This document shows positions 37,109 through 47,102 of a stretch of DNA of 64,000 nt, in pieces. The stretch's first letter is position 1; every line of letters starts with the position of its first letter. Source of the DNA: Alkalispirochaeta sp. (lineage in GTDB: Bacteria; Spirochaetota; Spirochaetia; DSM-27196; Alkalispirochaetaceae). Made by a program: the position numbers and the translations under genes. The notes beneath the pieces were generated by a model. That model made no database searches and was not told where the DNA came from. It saw nothing but the letters and a program-made list of their open reading frames with translations. The DNA lies in NCBI GenBank assembly GCA_965601925.1, contig OZ271854.1:2464001-2528000 (forward strand). Direction: 5' to 3'.

Positions 37109-38797
37109 CTATCGTGTCGGCGCCACTCTCCGCTTGAGCGCCTCGAGCCGATCGGTTTGCTTCGCCGAAAGCGGCGCTCGTTCCAGTTGGGCGGCCAAAA
37201 TCCAAAAGTCATCGCGGTATTTGCGAATTTTCAAACGTTGGAGGAGCCTGAGCGCACGGTCCCAGTCCCCACGATCGATCATCGAGCGGGCCGCCTCCAC
37301 CGGTCCGCCGCTGGCGCGCTCGATACGTCTTTGCGCGGCGCCGGTGTGTTCTCCGTCCGCGGGTAGGGACACGGTCGTGACGCGCAATTGATCGTCCAGC
37401 ATAAGCGACTCGCCGGTCGGGCCTTCGAGCGTCCATGAATCGGTCCCGTTCGGCGTGATCGTTCCACCGGCGTCGATCCACCGTTCGGGAATTACGTATC
37501 GGTTATGGAGCTCTCGCTGCGCCGAAAGCGCCTCTATCGACGATAGAATGTCGCGTCGTTCGGCGACCGACTGCCGGCACGCGCGGAACACGACAAACAG
37601 ATACTCATTGGTGCGGACGGCACCCTGCGTCGCCTTGCCGCCTCGAAACTTGTGGTACTCTCGACTCATGAGTCGGACGGTGTTCGTACCGTCCTCGCTC
37701 AACATCTCGAACAGCTCCGTCGGGTTGATAATCCCATCGTTGTTGTACGACACAAGAAGGGACGCGGTGTCCACCGCATCGAGGAAACGACCGAACGCGC
37801 GTTGCGCAGCGTCGTTTGACTTGCGGCAGAAATCGGAGCGATAGTGGTCACGCCTGATACCTGCGCGTCTTCCGTGTCCGACCGGGCCGGGATCGTATCG
37901 GTCTCCGCGGACCGCGGAGGTAAGCAGGTGGTAGTTGGCGCCGTACTGGTGGACGGTGTAGGGCGGGTCGGCGTACACGAGGTCGTACCGGACGCCCGCG
38001 TCGCGCACGATCTCCTCGGCGGGGCCTACTGTCATGCGTCCCCGCGGGCCGACGATCAGATTGAGGGGTTCGAGCCGGATCGGCGCCATAATCCGGCTCA
38101 GCGCATCACCCCCGCGACCGCCCCAGCCGTGGTGAAACCCTTTCATGACACCCGACGTATTGATATGGATGCTCATTTCCACGAGCACGCTCGCAAGGAG
38201 AATATCGCGACGTATCCGCGCTTGCCGAGATCCGTTCTCGGAGTCGAGTAGACGCCTTGCGCCGGAACCGAACGCACCGCCGTGAATCGCCGAGATTGCA
38301 GCATCGATTCGGAGGGCGTTCTCTCGTGTATAAAAAAGACGTTCGCGCGCCGGATCCGCGTCCTCGGTGGCGCGCGGGGCGTAGTATCGTGCGAAATACT
38401 CGTCCCGCGCATCCTCGGGACGCGCGTGCGCGTTCAAGGAGGAGAGGACGCGCTGATAACCGCCGAACTCGGAAAACAGCGTTTCAACCTCACGGCGATC
38501 CGTCTCCAAGAAGGCGACACCGAAGGGCCGCGTGTAGTCCTCGACGTCGGATGAATGAACTTCCAGCCCCGCTATTCGCCCCAGGCGGCTCACCACACCG
38601 GAGCCCGAGAAGGGATCGGCCATGCGGCGCGGCATACCGCGGGCTTCCGCCACTACCTCCATTCCTTGCCAGATAAACGGGATGAGCGAGCGTTTGTTGC
38701 CCAAATAGGTGATGAGGCCCGTACGCAGGGCGGGATGGTCGAGCACGTGCTGGTCCAGCATGACTGAGAGCATGTGTCGCCGCGCTCGCGTTGTCAA
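37109..38797 (-). CDS. D12-class N6-adenine DNA methyltransferase, no adjacent restriction enzyme
   Basis: ITYLGNKR, DPFSGSG (SAM-binding), YADPPY (catalytic), QYGANYHLL, VSYN; start uncertain. Confidence 0.88.
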   Translation of the reverse strand: MTTRARRHMLSVMLDQHVLDHPALRTGLITYLGNKRSLIPFIWQGMEVVAEARGMPRRMADPFSGSGVVSRLGRIAGLEVHSSDVEDYTRPFGVAFLETDRREVETLFSEFGGYQRVLSSLNAHARPEDARDEYFARYYAPRATEDADPARERLFYTRENALRIDAAISAIHGGAFGSGARRLLDSENGSRQARIRRDILLASVLVEMSIHINTSGVMKGFHHGWGGRGGDALSRIMAPIRLEPLNLIVGPRGRMTVGPAEEIVRDAGVRYDLVYADPPYTVHQYGANYHLLTSAVRGDRYDPGPVGHGRRAGIRRDHYRSDFCRKSNDAAQRAFGRFLDAVDTASLLVSYNNDGIINPTELFEMLSEDGTNTVRLMSREYHKFRGGKATQGAVRTNEYLFVVFRACRQSVAERRDILSSIEALSAQRELHNRYVIPERWIDAGGTITPNGTDSWTLEGPTGESLMLDDQLRVTTVSLPADGEHTGAAQRRIERASGGPVEAARSMIDRGDWDRALRLLQRLKIRKYRDDFWILAAQLERAPLSAKQTDRLEALKRRVAPTR

Positions 38798-38862
38798 TCG
38801 TGCCGCGACGAGGTAGAGCCGTACGGATTTGTACCATACCTGTGCCGAGTAGCCGCCTGTCT

Positions 38863-38877
38863 ATGACTCATGGTCAT
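38863..38877. promoter_or_regulatory. Palindrome ATGAC-N5-GTCAT, candidate TetR operator
   Basis: ATGACTCATGGTCAT between the divergent MTase and tetR genes; TTGACA at 38899. Confidence 0.45.
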
Positions 38878-38953
38878 TTTTTGTCCGGAAAAAGAATATT
38901 GACATATCGTCGGTTCCGGGATAAACGTGCTACAAAAAGCGGCGGTACATATT

Positions 38954-39589
38954 ATGGGGATCACGGAACGAAGGGAACGCGAAAAAACGATGCGGCGCAA
39001 CGCGATTATCGAAGGTGCGGAGGAGTTATTCTTTCGTAACGGATACGATAAGACGCGTATGCTCGAGATCGCCGACTATTGCGAACTCAGTAAGGGCTCA
39101 TTATATCTCTACTTCAATAACAAGGAAGATCTCGCGCACGCCGTCGTTTCCAGGAGCCATAGCATTCTGCTTAACCTCCTGCAGGAGGGCGCCGACCGCG
39201 GCGAAACGGGCCTGGAGAAGGTCAAGGAGATGTTAGAGGCGTTCGTAACCTTTTACGGCGAGTATAATCGAGCGTTCAGCCTCTCGTTTTTACTTGAAAG
39301 TAAGTTACGTAGCGTTCCCCCCGACGGTCATCGATGGACGGACTACATCGATCGAATCCATGCATTGACCGCCGCCGTACTACGCCAAGGGATGCACGAC
39401 GGATCGATTCGGAGCGATATCGATCCCGAGCTCGCCGCCATCACCTACATGAACGCCGCGGAGGGCTTCTTTCATCGCATTGCGTTCCGTTCGAAGATGG
39501 CCGCCATTCACGGGTACAGCGCCGAGCAGCTCGTTCGCGAGCTTTTCACGATTCTTGCCAACTCGCTCACGCCTACGGTCGAATCGTGA
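38954..39589 (+). CDS. TetR/AcrR-family transcriptional regulator
   Basis: AEELFFRNGY...IADYCELSKGSLYLYFNNKEDL. Confidence 0.92.
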   Translation: MGITERREREKTMRRNAIIEGAEELFFRNGYDKTRMLEIADYCELSKGSLYLYFNNKEDLAHAVVSRSHSILLNLLQEGADRGETGLEKVKEMLEAFVTFYGEYNRAFSLSFLLESKLRSVPPDGHRWTDYIDRIHALTAAVLRQGMHDGSIRSDIDPELAAITYMNAAEGFFHRIAFRSKMAAIHGYSAEQLVRELFTILANSLTPTVES

Positions 39590-39623
39590 ACGTCAGTACC
39601 GGGATGATGCCGGAGGATCGGAG

Positions 39624-40688
39624 GTGAAGCGTGTACTCTTTTTCTACCACCTGGCGAGGGAGTTTCCCGAGGAGATAGCGCGTATCGAGGCGCGGTTCCC
39701 TGAGATTGACTTTGTCGTCGCCGATACCGATGAGGAGTTTTCAGCGCGCGTGACCACCTCCGAGGTGATCGTGGCGCCGCCGCAGCCGCGATCGGTTTTG
39801 GAGCGCACTATCGTCAACGGCGCAGCGACGCTTCGGGTGCACATCGTTCCCTTTGCAGGCGTTAACAGGGCGCCCCTGGAGTGGTATGCCGCCAACGCCG
39901 TGGCACTTGCCGTCTCACACGGTAATGCGGCCGTGGTCGGCGAGCGGGCCGTTGCGTTGATGTACGCCGCCGCCGGCAGGGTCGTCGAATTTGATCGTGA
40001 TCTGCGAGTGGGGCGTTGGCACCGGCGGAACGACGACGTACGCCCCTTCGACTATTGGCGCAGCCTCACCGCGTCACGTATCGTCGTTTTGGGAACCGGC
40101 GCCATCGGACGGCGGATCGCCGAGCTGACCGCGCCGCTGGCGAGAAGTGTGGCCCGCGCGGGCGGCCGCGGGGAGATCGTGGGGTTTCGACGCGGCGGCG
40201 CGACGGCACCGCGCGGCAACGGTGGACTCACAGACGACCGGATCTTCGATCGCGTGACATCCGATCTGGCGACCGCCGCGGCGAACGCGGACGTGCTGTT
40301 CCTGGCCCTTCCCTTGACCGGCGAGACGCGCGGTATCGTTACGCGCGACCTTCTGGCCGGGACGAATCGTGCCGTGTTGGTAAACATCGGGCGGGCGGAG
40401 CTCATCGACGAGGACGACTTGTTCGCCGCGTTGACCGACGGGACGCTCTCCTCGGCCGGTCTCGACGTCTGGTATCGCAGCCCCAAGCCCTTCTGGAACG
40501 AGGGGCCGGAAGCGATGCCGAGCACACGACCCTTTCACGAGCTTGCCAACGTCGTGCTGTCGCCTCACGCGGCGAGCCACTGTGAGGAGGGAAAACGCGG
40601 CCAACTACTCGGGGCATTGACGAGTCTCGAGGAGTATCTCTCTACGGGTCGGGTCGCCGGCGCGGTCGATATCGAGCGCGGGTATTAG
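39624..40688 (+). CDS. D-isomer-specific 2-hydroxyacid dehydrogenase
   Basis: VLGTGAIG, LPLTGETRG, LVNIGRA, AGLDVW, LSPH. Confidence 0.88.
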   Translation: MKRVLFFYHLAREFPEEIARIEARFPEIDFVVADTDEEFSARVTTSEVIVAPPQPRSVLERTIVNGAATLRVHIVPFAGVNRAPLEWYAANAVALAVSHGNAAVVGERAVALMYAAAGRVVEFDRDLRVGRWHRRNDDVRPFDYWRSLTASRIVVLGTGAIGRRIAELTAPLARSVARAGGRGEIVGFRRGGATAPRGNGGLTDDRIFDRVTSDLATAAANADVLFLALPLTGETRGIVTRDLLAGTNRAVLVNIGRAELIDEDDLFAALTDGTLSSAGLDVWYRSPKPFWNEGPEAMPSTRPFHELANVVLSPHAASHCEEGKRGQLLGALTSLEEYLSTGRVAGAVDIERGY

Positions 40689-40926
40689 CCGAGAGGCGAC
40701 GGGCGGTGTTTCGACGGATCGCACGGTGTAGCCGGCCGTCACGCGCACCGGGACGACGACGCCGAGACGACGCGTCACGGTGACCGCGGAGCCCGTCGAT
40801 CGACAAAGTACGACGGTAATGTCGGTATCGGTTCCGGCGTATACTCGCCGTCCGGACCGCTCGACGGTGCCGCGCTTGTTGATCGTGTCCGATGGTGAAA
40901 GAGGCGCTTTTTCGTCGTACCGCGCG

Positions 40927-40955
40927 AAAAAAAGGCCGCCCGTGAGGGCGGCCTT
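40927..40955 (-). terminator. Rho-independent terminator of the 40977-42008 gene
   Basis: GGCCGCCC-tcac-GGGCGGCC followed by TTTTTTT on the minus strand. Confidence 0.8.
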
Positions 40956-40976
40956 CTGCAAGAGCGAATCCTCCGC

Positions 40977-42008
40977 TTAGAAGCGCAGATACGTATTGAT
41001 TTGCAGCGCGATCGTGTTCGTCGCGTTTCTGTTGACTCCGTAGACCGGAATGCTGTACTGCAACTTCGTCTCGATCGGTACCGGAAGACTCGTGAAGAAC
41101 GCGTTGACTTGCGGCGTCACAGTCAACAGCTGCGTTGCGGAGTCGTCAACGGTCTCCCCTTCGACTTCGATGTCGGGGGTGAAGGTAAAGCGGGTCGCAA
41201 GCGAGCCGCCGAGTCTAAGCCCCTCGCTGATAGGGAACGCTACCTGCGGATCGATCTCGAACGCTTGCTCATAACCGTACGCGAACTCTGAGTCAACGCC
41301 GCCTCCCTGATCGAGATCGCGCGGAAAGAAGATCTGCGTCTGGGAGTAGAGGTTCAGGAAGAACTCTTCAGTGAAGATATAGTCGTAGTGCACGCGAAGT
41401 CCGATACCCCACACGTCGCGATCGGCGCGACCCGCTCTGTACTCATCTCCGTTTGCCTGATTCTCGTTCTCGTCATCCGGATCGTAGGTTGAGAGTGGAA
41501 TCTTGGCACCCACGGACGTCGCCAAACGCATCGTTTCACTGGGAATGTACCCGGATGAACCGAGAATCTGAATCTTCGCACCGAGGAACAGGTCGTTTAG
41601 CCCCGTTTGTTGCGCATTTTCGATGCTCTCGACTACCGCGCTCGCCGTATCGGGCGCTGCCGCTTCGACGGCCGAAGGCGCCGAGGCTGACGTATTGCTC
41701 GAGAACTGCCAGCCCGGCGTCCACTGAGCGGCGACGTTTATTTGATCGGTAACACCGACCTCGAGGGCGAAGTTAAGCGCCCACACGTTTACCGAGTCGA
41801 TCGGAAAGACTTGCGTGCCGAGAGCTCCAAGATCTACATCTTGGCCAAGATCCTGGCGCTCACCGTCGTTATCGAACTCTTGATTGGTGAACGAAAACGC
41901 CGGAATCGTTCGAAAACGTATGACCCTGTTGGGAAGGATCAATGCGTCGTCGGCAAACATCGGAGCCGCTACCGCAACGAGCAGTAGGACAGTCATAATC
42001 TTCTTCAT
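40977..42008 (-). CDS. Probable outer-membrane beta-barrel protein
   Basis: Signal peptide MKKIMTVLLLVAVAAPMFA; alternating amphipathic strands; C-terminal Phe (YLRF); AGGAGAGGAG RBS. Confidence 0.7.
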   Translation of the reverse strand: MKKIMTVLLLVAVAAPMFADDALILPNRVIRFRTIPAFSFTNQEFDNDGERQDLGQDVDLGALGTQVFPIDSVNVWALNFALEVGVTDQINVAAQWTPGWQFSSNTSASAPSAVEAAAPDTASAVVESIENAQQTGLNDLFLGAKIQILGSSGYIPSETMRLATSVGAKIPLSTYDPDDENENQANGDEYRAGRADRDVWGIGLRVHYDYIFTEEFFLNLYSQTQIFFPRDLDQGGGVDSEFAYGYEQAFEIDPQVAFPISEGLRLGGSLATRFTFTPDIEVEGETVDDSATQLLTVTPQVNAFFTSLPVPIETKLQYSIPVYGVNRNATNTIALQINTYLRF

Positions 42009-42053
42009 GTGTTGGTTCACTCCTCTCCTTCGGACAGCGCCGAAGCTATAAGC

Positions 42054-42090
42054 ATTTTCAGACAGAATCATTCATGTGTCAATCGATTGA
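42054..42090 (-). promoter_or_regulatory. Putative promoter (TTGACA-17-GAAAAT) with an overlapping TCAATCGATTGA palindrome
   Basis: Palindrome 42079-42090 overlaps the -35 (42077-42082). Confidence 0.5.
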
Positions 42091-42225
42091 ACACTTTTGT
42101 CGGTTTGTAGCCGAAAAATTAATCGCCGCTAACCTCGTCTTCGTCGCCCGCATACGCATCGGGGGCCGACGCGGCGGCGGCGGTCGATTGAGTCGGTGCG
42201 CGGGGTCGGGTAATATGAGCGGATC

Positions 42226-44460
42226 ATGACACCTACGCTCCGGGAGGCGCTGGCGGGGCTCAATAAGGCCCAGCGGGAGGCGGTGCTCCACCAAGACGGT
42301 TCGCTCCTCATACTCGCCGGCGCCGGCAGCGGCAAAACGCGCGTTATTACCGTAAAAATTGCATACCTCGTCGACGAGCTAGGCGTCGATCCACGCTCGG
42401 TTCTGGCGGTTACATTCACCAATAAGGCGGCCGGTGAAATGCGCGAACGTGCTCGTTCGCTCATCGGTGCGGGGGACAACGCCTCGCTATTGACGCTACG
42501 GACCTTTCACTCATTCGGTGCGTGGATGCTGCGTCGCAACGCGGGAGTGGCCGGCCTACCGCGCGGATTCACCATTTACGACGACGACGATGCGATCACG
42601 CTGCTGCGCGCACTGTACCCCGAGCAGCGCCGTGCAACGTTGGCGAGGTTCTACCATCTCATCAGCCGCGCCAAGGACTATTGTCTCGGTCCCGACGATG
42701 ATCTGTCGGACGTGAGCGAAGATCCGGAGTTCGTCTCGATCTATCGCGCCTATCAGACGCGCCTGGAGGAGATCGGCAACGTCGATTTCGGCGATCTTAT
42801 CATGAGGCCGGTCACACTATTGGAGAACGACGCGGTCGTTGCCGAACGTATGCAGCGGCGTTTTCGCCACCTCTTGGTGGACGAGTACCAGGACTCCAAC
42901 GTGGCGCAGTATCGAATGCTTCGCGCCCTCGCATCGGACGATGCGTTTGTATGCGTCGTCGGCGACGACGACCAGTCGATCTATCGCTTTCGTGGTGCCG
43001 AGGTCCAGAATATTCTCACCTTTCCCGATCGTTTCCCCGGCACAAAAATCGTCCGTCTGGAACAGAACTATCGCTCTACCGAGCCGATCCTGGACCTTGC
43101 GGGCGCCGTAGTCGCCAACAACCGTGGACGACTCGGCAAGACCTTGTTCACCGACCGCACCGACGGAGAGCGTCCGCGATTGCTGCTTCTGGCCGACCAG
43201 GATGAGGAGGTTTCCTTCGTGATCGGTAGAGTACGCGCTGCGATTGACGCGGGTGAGGAGGGCGAGACGGCGATTCTCTATCGTACCAACGCCCAGTCCC
43301 GCGCCTTCGAGACGGCGTTGCTGAGGGAAAATATCTCGTATCGAATCATCGGCTCCGTGCGGTTCTGGGATCGCGAAGAGGTCAAAGACGCGGTTGCCTT
43401 TCTCAAGTTTCTCGCCAATCCGCGCGACGAGGTGAGTTTCCGTCGCATAATCAACAAACCGGCTCGCGGGCTGGGAGCCAAGAGCGTCGATCGTATTCTG
43501 GAGAAGCTCTCGTATTCCCGTGGGGACCTCTCCTCGGCCGCGGACTACGCAATCCCCGAGTTGAGCAAGAAGGCGGGAACGGCGTTGGCCGGTTTCGTTC
43601 GTCTCGTCGGCCGGCTCGGTGCGATACTCCGCGGTGAGCCGGCCGGTCCGACGTCGCAGATTTCCGCCGACACCCCCGACGTTCTCGGTTCGGCGCATCC
43701 GGCATCGCTCGCGGCGATCGTCGAGGAGATGCTGGTGGGCAGCGGGCTGAATCGACACCACCAGGAGCAAGACGAAGTCTCGGGTACACAAAAGTTGCAG
43801 AACCTCGAAGAACTCGTGAACGCCGCCTCGCTCTATCCCCCGTCTTTCGATGGACTCGCGGAGTTTCTCGAGGCGATCGAGCTCGACAGTTCGCGCGAAG
43901 AGGACTCCGACGACGCTGCGCGCGTCGTACTGATCACGATGCACAACACAAAGGGTCTCGAGTTCGACCGCGTCGTCATCACCGGACTCGAGGAAGGACT
44001 CTTCCCGCGCGACGGCGATCCGGAGGATATCGAGGAGGAGCGACGCCTCTTTTATGTGGCGATCACCAGGGCTCGAAATGAGCTGACGCTCACCAGTTGT
44101 CGCTACCGACGGCTCCACGGCAAGCTTTCGGACTTTTTGCCCTCCCGGTTTCTTACTGAGGTTCCTAAGGAGCTGATACACGTCGACGCCGGCGAGTACG
44201 CGTCCGGCGGCGTTAACGACACGTTGGGGGCCCTCGACGGTTTGCGTAACGGACGCAGCAACGGGGAAGAGCATCCGTGGCCGCGCGGGACGGCGATTTT
44301 TCACGACGATTACGGCAGCGGCCTGGTCGTCAAGGCGTGGTACTCGGGCTCCGAACCGGTGGTGCTCGTACGGTTCGAAACCGGCGCGACGGCGCAGTTT
44401 CTGCCCAAGTACACACCCCTCGAGCGAATCGCCGGAGACGATGGAGAGCACATTTGGTAG
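42226..44460 (+). CDS. uvrD: ATP-dependent DNA helicase UvrD/PcrA
   Basis: AGAGSGKT, VDEYQD, VGDDDQSIYRFRGA, LEQNYRS, HNTKGLEF, EERRLFYVAITRA. Confidence 0.95.
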   Translation: MTPTLREALAGLNKAQREAVLHQDGSLLILAGAGSGKTRVITVKIAYLVDELGVDPRSVLAVTFTNKAAGEMRERARSLIGAGDNASLLTLRTFHSFGAWMLRRNAGVAGLPRGFTIYDDDDAITLLRALYPEQRRATLARFYHLISRAKDYCLGPDDDLSDVSEDPEFVSIYRAYQTRLEEIGNVDFGDLIMRPVTLLENDAVVAERMQRRFRHLLVDEYQDSNVAQYRMLRALASDDAFVCVVGDDDQSIYRFRGAEVQNILTFPDRFPGTKIVRLEQNYRSTEPILDLAGAVVANNRGRLGKTLFTDRTDGERPRLLLLADQDEEVSFVIGRVRAAIDAGEEGETAILYRTNAQSRAFETALLRENISYRIIGSVRFWDREEVKDAVAFLKFLANPRDEVSFRRIINKPARGLGAKSVDRILEKLSYSRGDLSSAADYAIPELSKKAGTALAGFVRLVGRLGAILRGEPAGPTSQISADTPDVLGSAHPASLAAIVEEMLVGSGLNRHHQEQDEVSGTQKLQNLEELVNAASLYPPSFDGLAEFLEAIELDSSREEDSDDAARVVLITMHNTKGLEFDRVVITGLEEGLFPRDGDPEDIEEERRLFYVAITRARNELTLTSCRYRRLHGKLSDFLPSRFLTEVPKELIHVDAGEYASGGVNDTLGALDGLRNGRSNGEEHPWPRGTAIFHDDYGSGLVVKAWYSGSEPVVLVRFETGATAQFLPKYTPLERIAGDDGEHIW

Positions 44461-45278
44461 CCGGCAGCCAGGGGCGGTCGGGTGACTCCGATGCGGCGGA
44501 TACGATGATGAGCGACGCCGTCGTACGAGCCTACCGCATGCCGCCCGGGCGGATCATCCGCCGCGCTCGGGAGTGGCGACTCTACGATCAGGTCGGAGAC
44601 CGGTATACCGACTTCTGGCAGGGAGACGGCGCCGCGTTTCTGGGCCATCGCCCGGCGGGATTCGCCCGCACCGTCGAGGCGGAGATCGATCGCGGCCTGT
44701 GGACCGCTCTCCCTACGCCTTGGCCGCGACGTCTGCGCACCGCCCTGAATCGCCTGGCGGAGCGCGCCGGCGTACCGTCTCTATCCGTGTTGAACGGCTC
44801 GGAGGCGGCGGGCCGCGTCGCCTCACATCGATGGCTCCCTCTCGGCTCCCACCTCGACACGTCTCGACGTGACGGCGCCACCGACGATTCGGACGGACCG
44901 CACGGCGTCGTTCTGCCGGCGCCGATCGCTTTGGGCGGTCCGGTACGACAGCCCGAGGAGATCTCACCGGTACTACTCGCCGCGCTCACGCGGGCGGCAT
45001 TGATCCTCTTTGATTACTTGGGTAGCGACGCCGCTCACAGTCGATTGGAGTTGGCACACTCCATCGTCGTGCCTCCCGGCTGGACAAGAAGTGGTTGTTG
45101 GTTCCTCCCTCCGAGCGAGAGCGGATCGACGGACCGGTGGGACCTTATACGTTCTCGAGCCTTGGAACGCGCCATTGTGCTTCCTCCCGATTCGTCCACA
45201 CCGATGGTCGTACCCGGTGAGTTGGGGCGGCGAGAGCGTGCGCAATGGAAGGAATTGTGGAATGAATGGTCCCGCTGA
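44454..45278 (+). CDS. Hypothetical protein resembling the N-terminus of class-III PLP aminotransferases
   Basis: RRAREWRLYDQVGDRYTDFWQGDGAAFLGHRP; the rest is short and divergent; TTG start overlaps the uvrD stop. Confidence 0.6.
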   Translation: MVAGSQGRSGDSDAADTMMSDAVVRAYRMPPGRIIRRAREWRLYDQVGDRYTDFWQGDGAAFLGHRPAGFARTVEAEIDRGLWTALPTPWPRRLRTALNRLAERAGVPSLSVLNGSEAAGRVASHRWLPLGSHLDTSRRDGATDDSDGPHGVVLPAPIALGGPVRQPEEISPVLLAALTRAALILFDYLGSDAAHSRLELAHSIVVPPGWTRSGCWFLPPSESGSTDRWDLIRSRALERAIVLPPDSSTPMVVPGELGRRERAQWKELWNEWSR

Positions 45279-45561
45279 ACTGAGTGTCTTGGTCGTCGAT
45301 CTCCTTGTGAGCGGGGGCGTTGCGTTTGCGGCAATTATGTTGTGGTCGCTGACGCGTTCTCCGGCGTGGATGCTCGTTATCATCGGACTGGTTATTCGAT
45401 TTGGCGATGTGGCCTTCCAAACATTGGATCGCTTTGGTATTATCGCCGTCGTCGACTTGCGCGTTCAGGGTATTCCGGTGTTTTGGGTGCTCATGCGCGC
45501 CGTGCCGCTCCTTTTCATCGCTGCGGGGTTGATCGCAATGATCAGGAGCCTGAGAATTTAG
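45262..45561 (+). CDS. Small membrane protein
   Basis: Three hydrophobic segments; operon context. Confidence 0.65.
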   Translation: MNGPAELSVLVVDLLVSGGVAFAAIMLWSLTRSPAWMLVIIGLVIRFGDVAFQTLDRFGIIAVVDLRVQGIPVFWVLMRAVPLLFIAAGLIAMIRSLRI

Positions 45562-45579
45562 CCGTGACGGAGGATATTG

Positions 45580-45882
45580 ATGGGTGCATTGATTGTAGGG
45601 ATCGTCTTTCTACTGTTTGCCGTATACGCCGTACTTCCGGCTTCGATTCCCTTTGCCCTTCTGAATTGGTGGGAACAGGTGAAAATCGTACTGGCCGGGG
45701 GAATTCCGCTTCTGGCGCTGTTTATCGGTTTTATCGCGATCATGATCGGTATCGCCGACATTAAAGATAAAATCGAGGCCAAAAAGGAAGAAGAGGAAGA
45801 GGCGCGCGCCGCGGCGGAGGCGGAAAAGAATGAGGCCTCCGATACCGCGAAATCGGCCGATACCGACGATAAAAAAGACTGA
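45580..45882 (+). CDS. Small membrane protein with a charged tail
   Basis: GGAGG RBS; two TMs then GIADIKDKIEAKKEEEE. Confidence 0.75.
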   Translation: MGALIVGIVFLLFAVYAVLPASIPFALLNWWEQVKIVLAGGIPLLALFIGFIAIMIGIADIKDKIEAKKEEEEEARAAAEAEKNEASDTAKSADTDDKKD

Positions 45883-45960
45883 TACGGAAGCCGGTGCATC
45901 GGCCTTGACACTTTGTCATCGCTATGCAAAGGTTACGGCTCATATTTTTCGAGTACTACG

Positions 45961-46407
45961 ATGAAAACAATATTCGTAAAACCCAAAGAGGTAGAGCGTA
46001 AGTGGTATGTGATCGACGCTGCGGGTCAGCGCCTCGGTCGAGTCGCTGTAGAGGCGGCCGATATCCTGCGCGGGAAAAAGAAAGCGGCTTACACGCCCCA
46101 CCAAGAGGTTGGAGACTACGTCATTATCATCAACGCCGATCAGGTGGCGGTGACGGGACGTAAGGCTACGCAGAAGATGTATTATCGACACAGCGGTTAT
46201 CTCGGATCGCTCAGCTCCGAATCCTTTCAGAAGGTAATAGGACGCAAACCGCAGTTCCCGATCGAACACGCAGTTCGGGGAATGCTTCCGAAGAATCGCC
46301 TGGGTCGAAAGTTGTTCACCAATCTCAAGGTGTACGCGGGCTCGGAGCATCCTCATGCAGCTCAAAAACCGGAAGCGGTCACGCTTGCGGCGGTAAAGGA
46401 GGCGTAG
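45961..46407 (+). CDS. rplM: 50S ribosomal protein L13
   Basis: [48 protein letters not shown]. Confidence 0.98.
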   Translation: MKTIFVKPKEVERKWYVIDAAGQRLGRVAVEAADILRGKKKAAYTPHQEVGDYVIIINADQVAVTGRKATQKMYYRHSGYLGSLSSESFQKVIGRKPQFPIEHAVRGMLPKNRLGRKLFTNLKVYAGSEHPHAAQKPEAVTLAAVKEA

Positions 46408-46411
46408 CCGT

Positions 46412-46798
46412 ATGGATCAGTATTTGGGTACGGGGCGCCGCAAAACGTCGGTCGCCCGCGTCTATCTTCGTCCCGGTTCGGGAAGTGTCACCATCAACGG
46501 ACGTAACGTCGACGAGTACTTTCATCGCCAAGAGAACATCATTGTCGCCAAGCAGCCGCTCGTCATTACCGAGAAGGAGACCGACTTCGATGTGTTGGTT
46601 AAGGTATCGGGCGGGGGAGAGAGCGGTCAGGCCGGTGCAATCCGTCACGGCGTCGCGCGTGCCCTCGTCAAGTACGACGAAGAGCTGACACGGACGCTTC
46701 GGGCAAACGGTTTTCTGACTCGCGACCCGCGTATGGTCGAGCGTAAGAAGTACGGTCAGCGTGGCGCGCGCCGCAAGTTCCAATTCTCCAAGCGCTAA
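46412..46798 (+). CDS. rpsI: 30S ribosomal protein S9
   Basis: [32 protein letters not shown]...QFSKR. Confidence 0.98.
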   Translation: MDQYLGTGRRKTSVARVYLRPGSGSVTINGRNVDEYFHRQENIIVAKQPLVITEKETDFDVLVKVSGGGESGQAGAIRHGVARALVKYDEELTRTLRANGFLTRDPRMVERKKYGQRGARRKFQFSKR

Positions 46799-46837
46799 AG
46801 CTATCGATCCGGATCATCCGGTCAAAATCGAGTCCAT

Positions 46838-46876
46838 ACGCCCGCACGCATCCGTCGCTGCGGGCGTTTCTGTTTT
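46838..46876 (+). terminator. Probable terminator after rpsI
   Basis: ACGCCCGCA...TGCGGGCGT followed by TTCTGTTTT. Confidence 0.55.
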
Positions 46877-47102
46877 CGCATGGTGGGACCCCCTCAAAGG
46901 ACCCGGTTCCGCGTGGGATCCTTCTTCGAAATATCACGCTTCGTCTCTGAGGCCGCCACGCAATAGCGACCGCCAGCCCCGCGAACGCGTTCGACTCGTC
47001 CGATTCGACATCGCTCGAGCCGTGTGGAGCCGCGAGGGCACGGATCTCGCCGCCGGTGCGTACACGGTGACCGGGCGGCTCCGAGCACTGGCGCAACGGA
47101 GC

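Noticed and set aside
42817..44451. 544-aa minus-strand ORF
   Set aside because: Antisense shadow of uvrD.
46799..47102. Open frame upstream of recX, possible N-terminal extension or frameshift
   Set aside because: No convincing RBS/start or slippery site; it overlaps the rpsI terminator and cannot be resolved without homologs.
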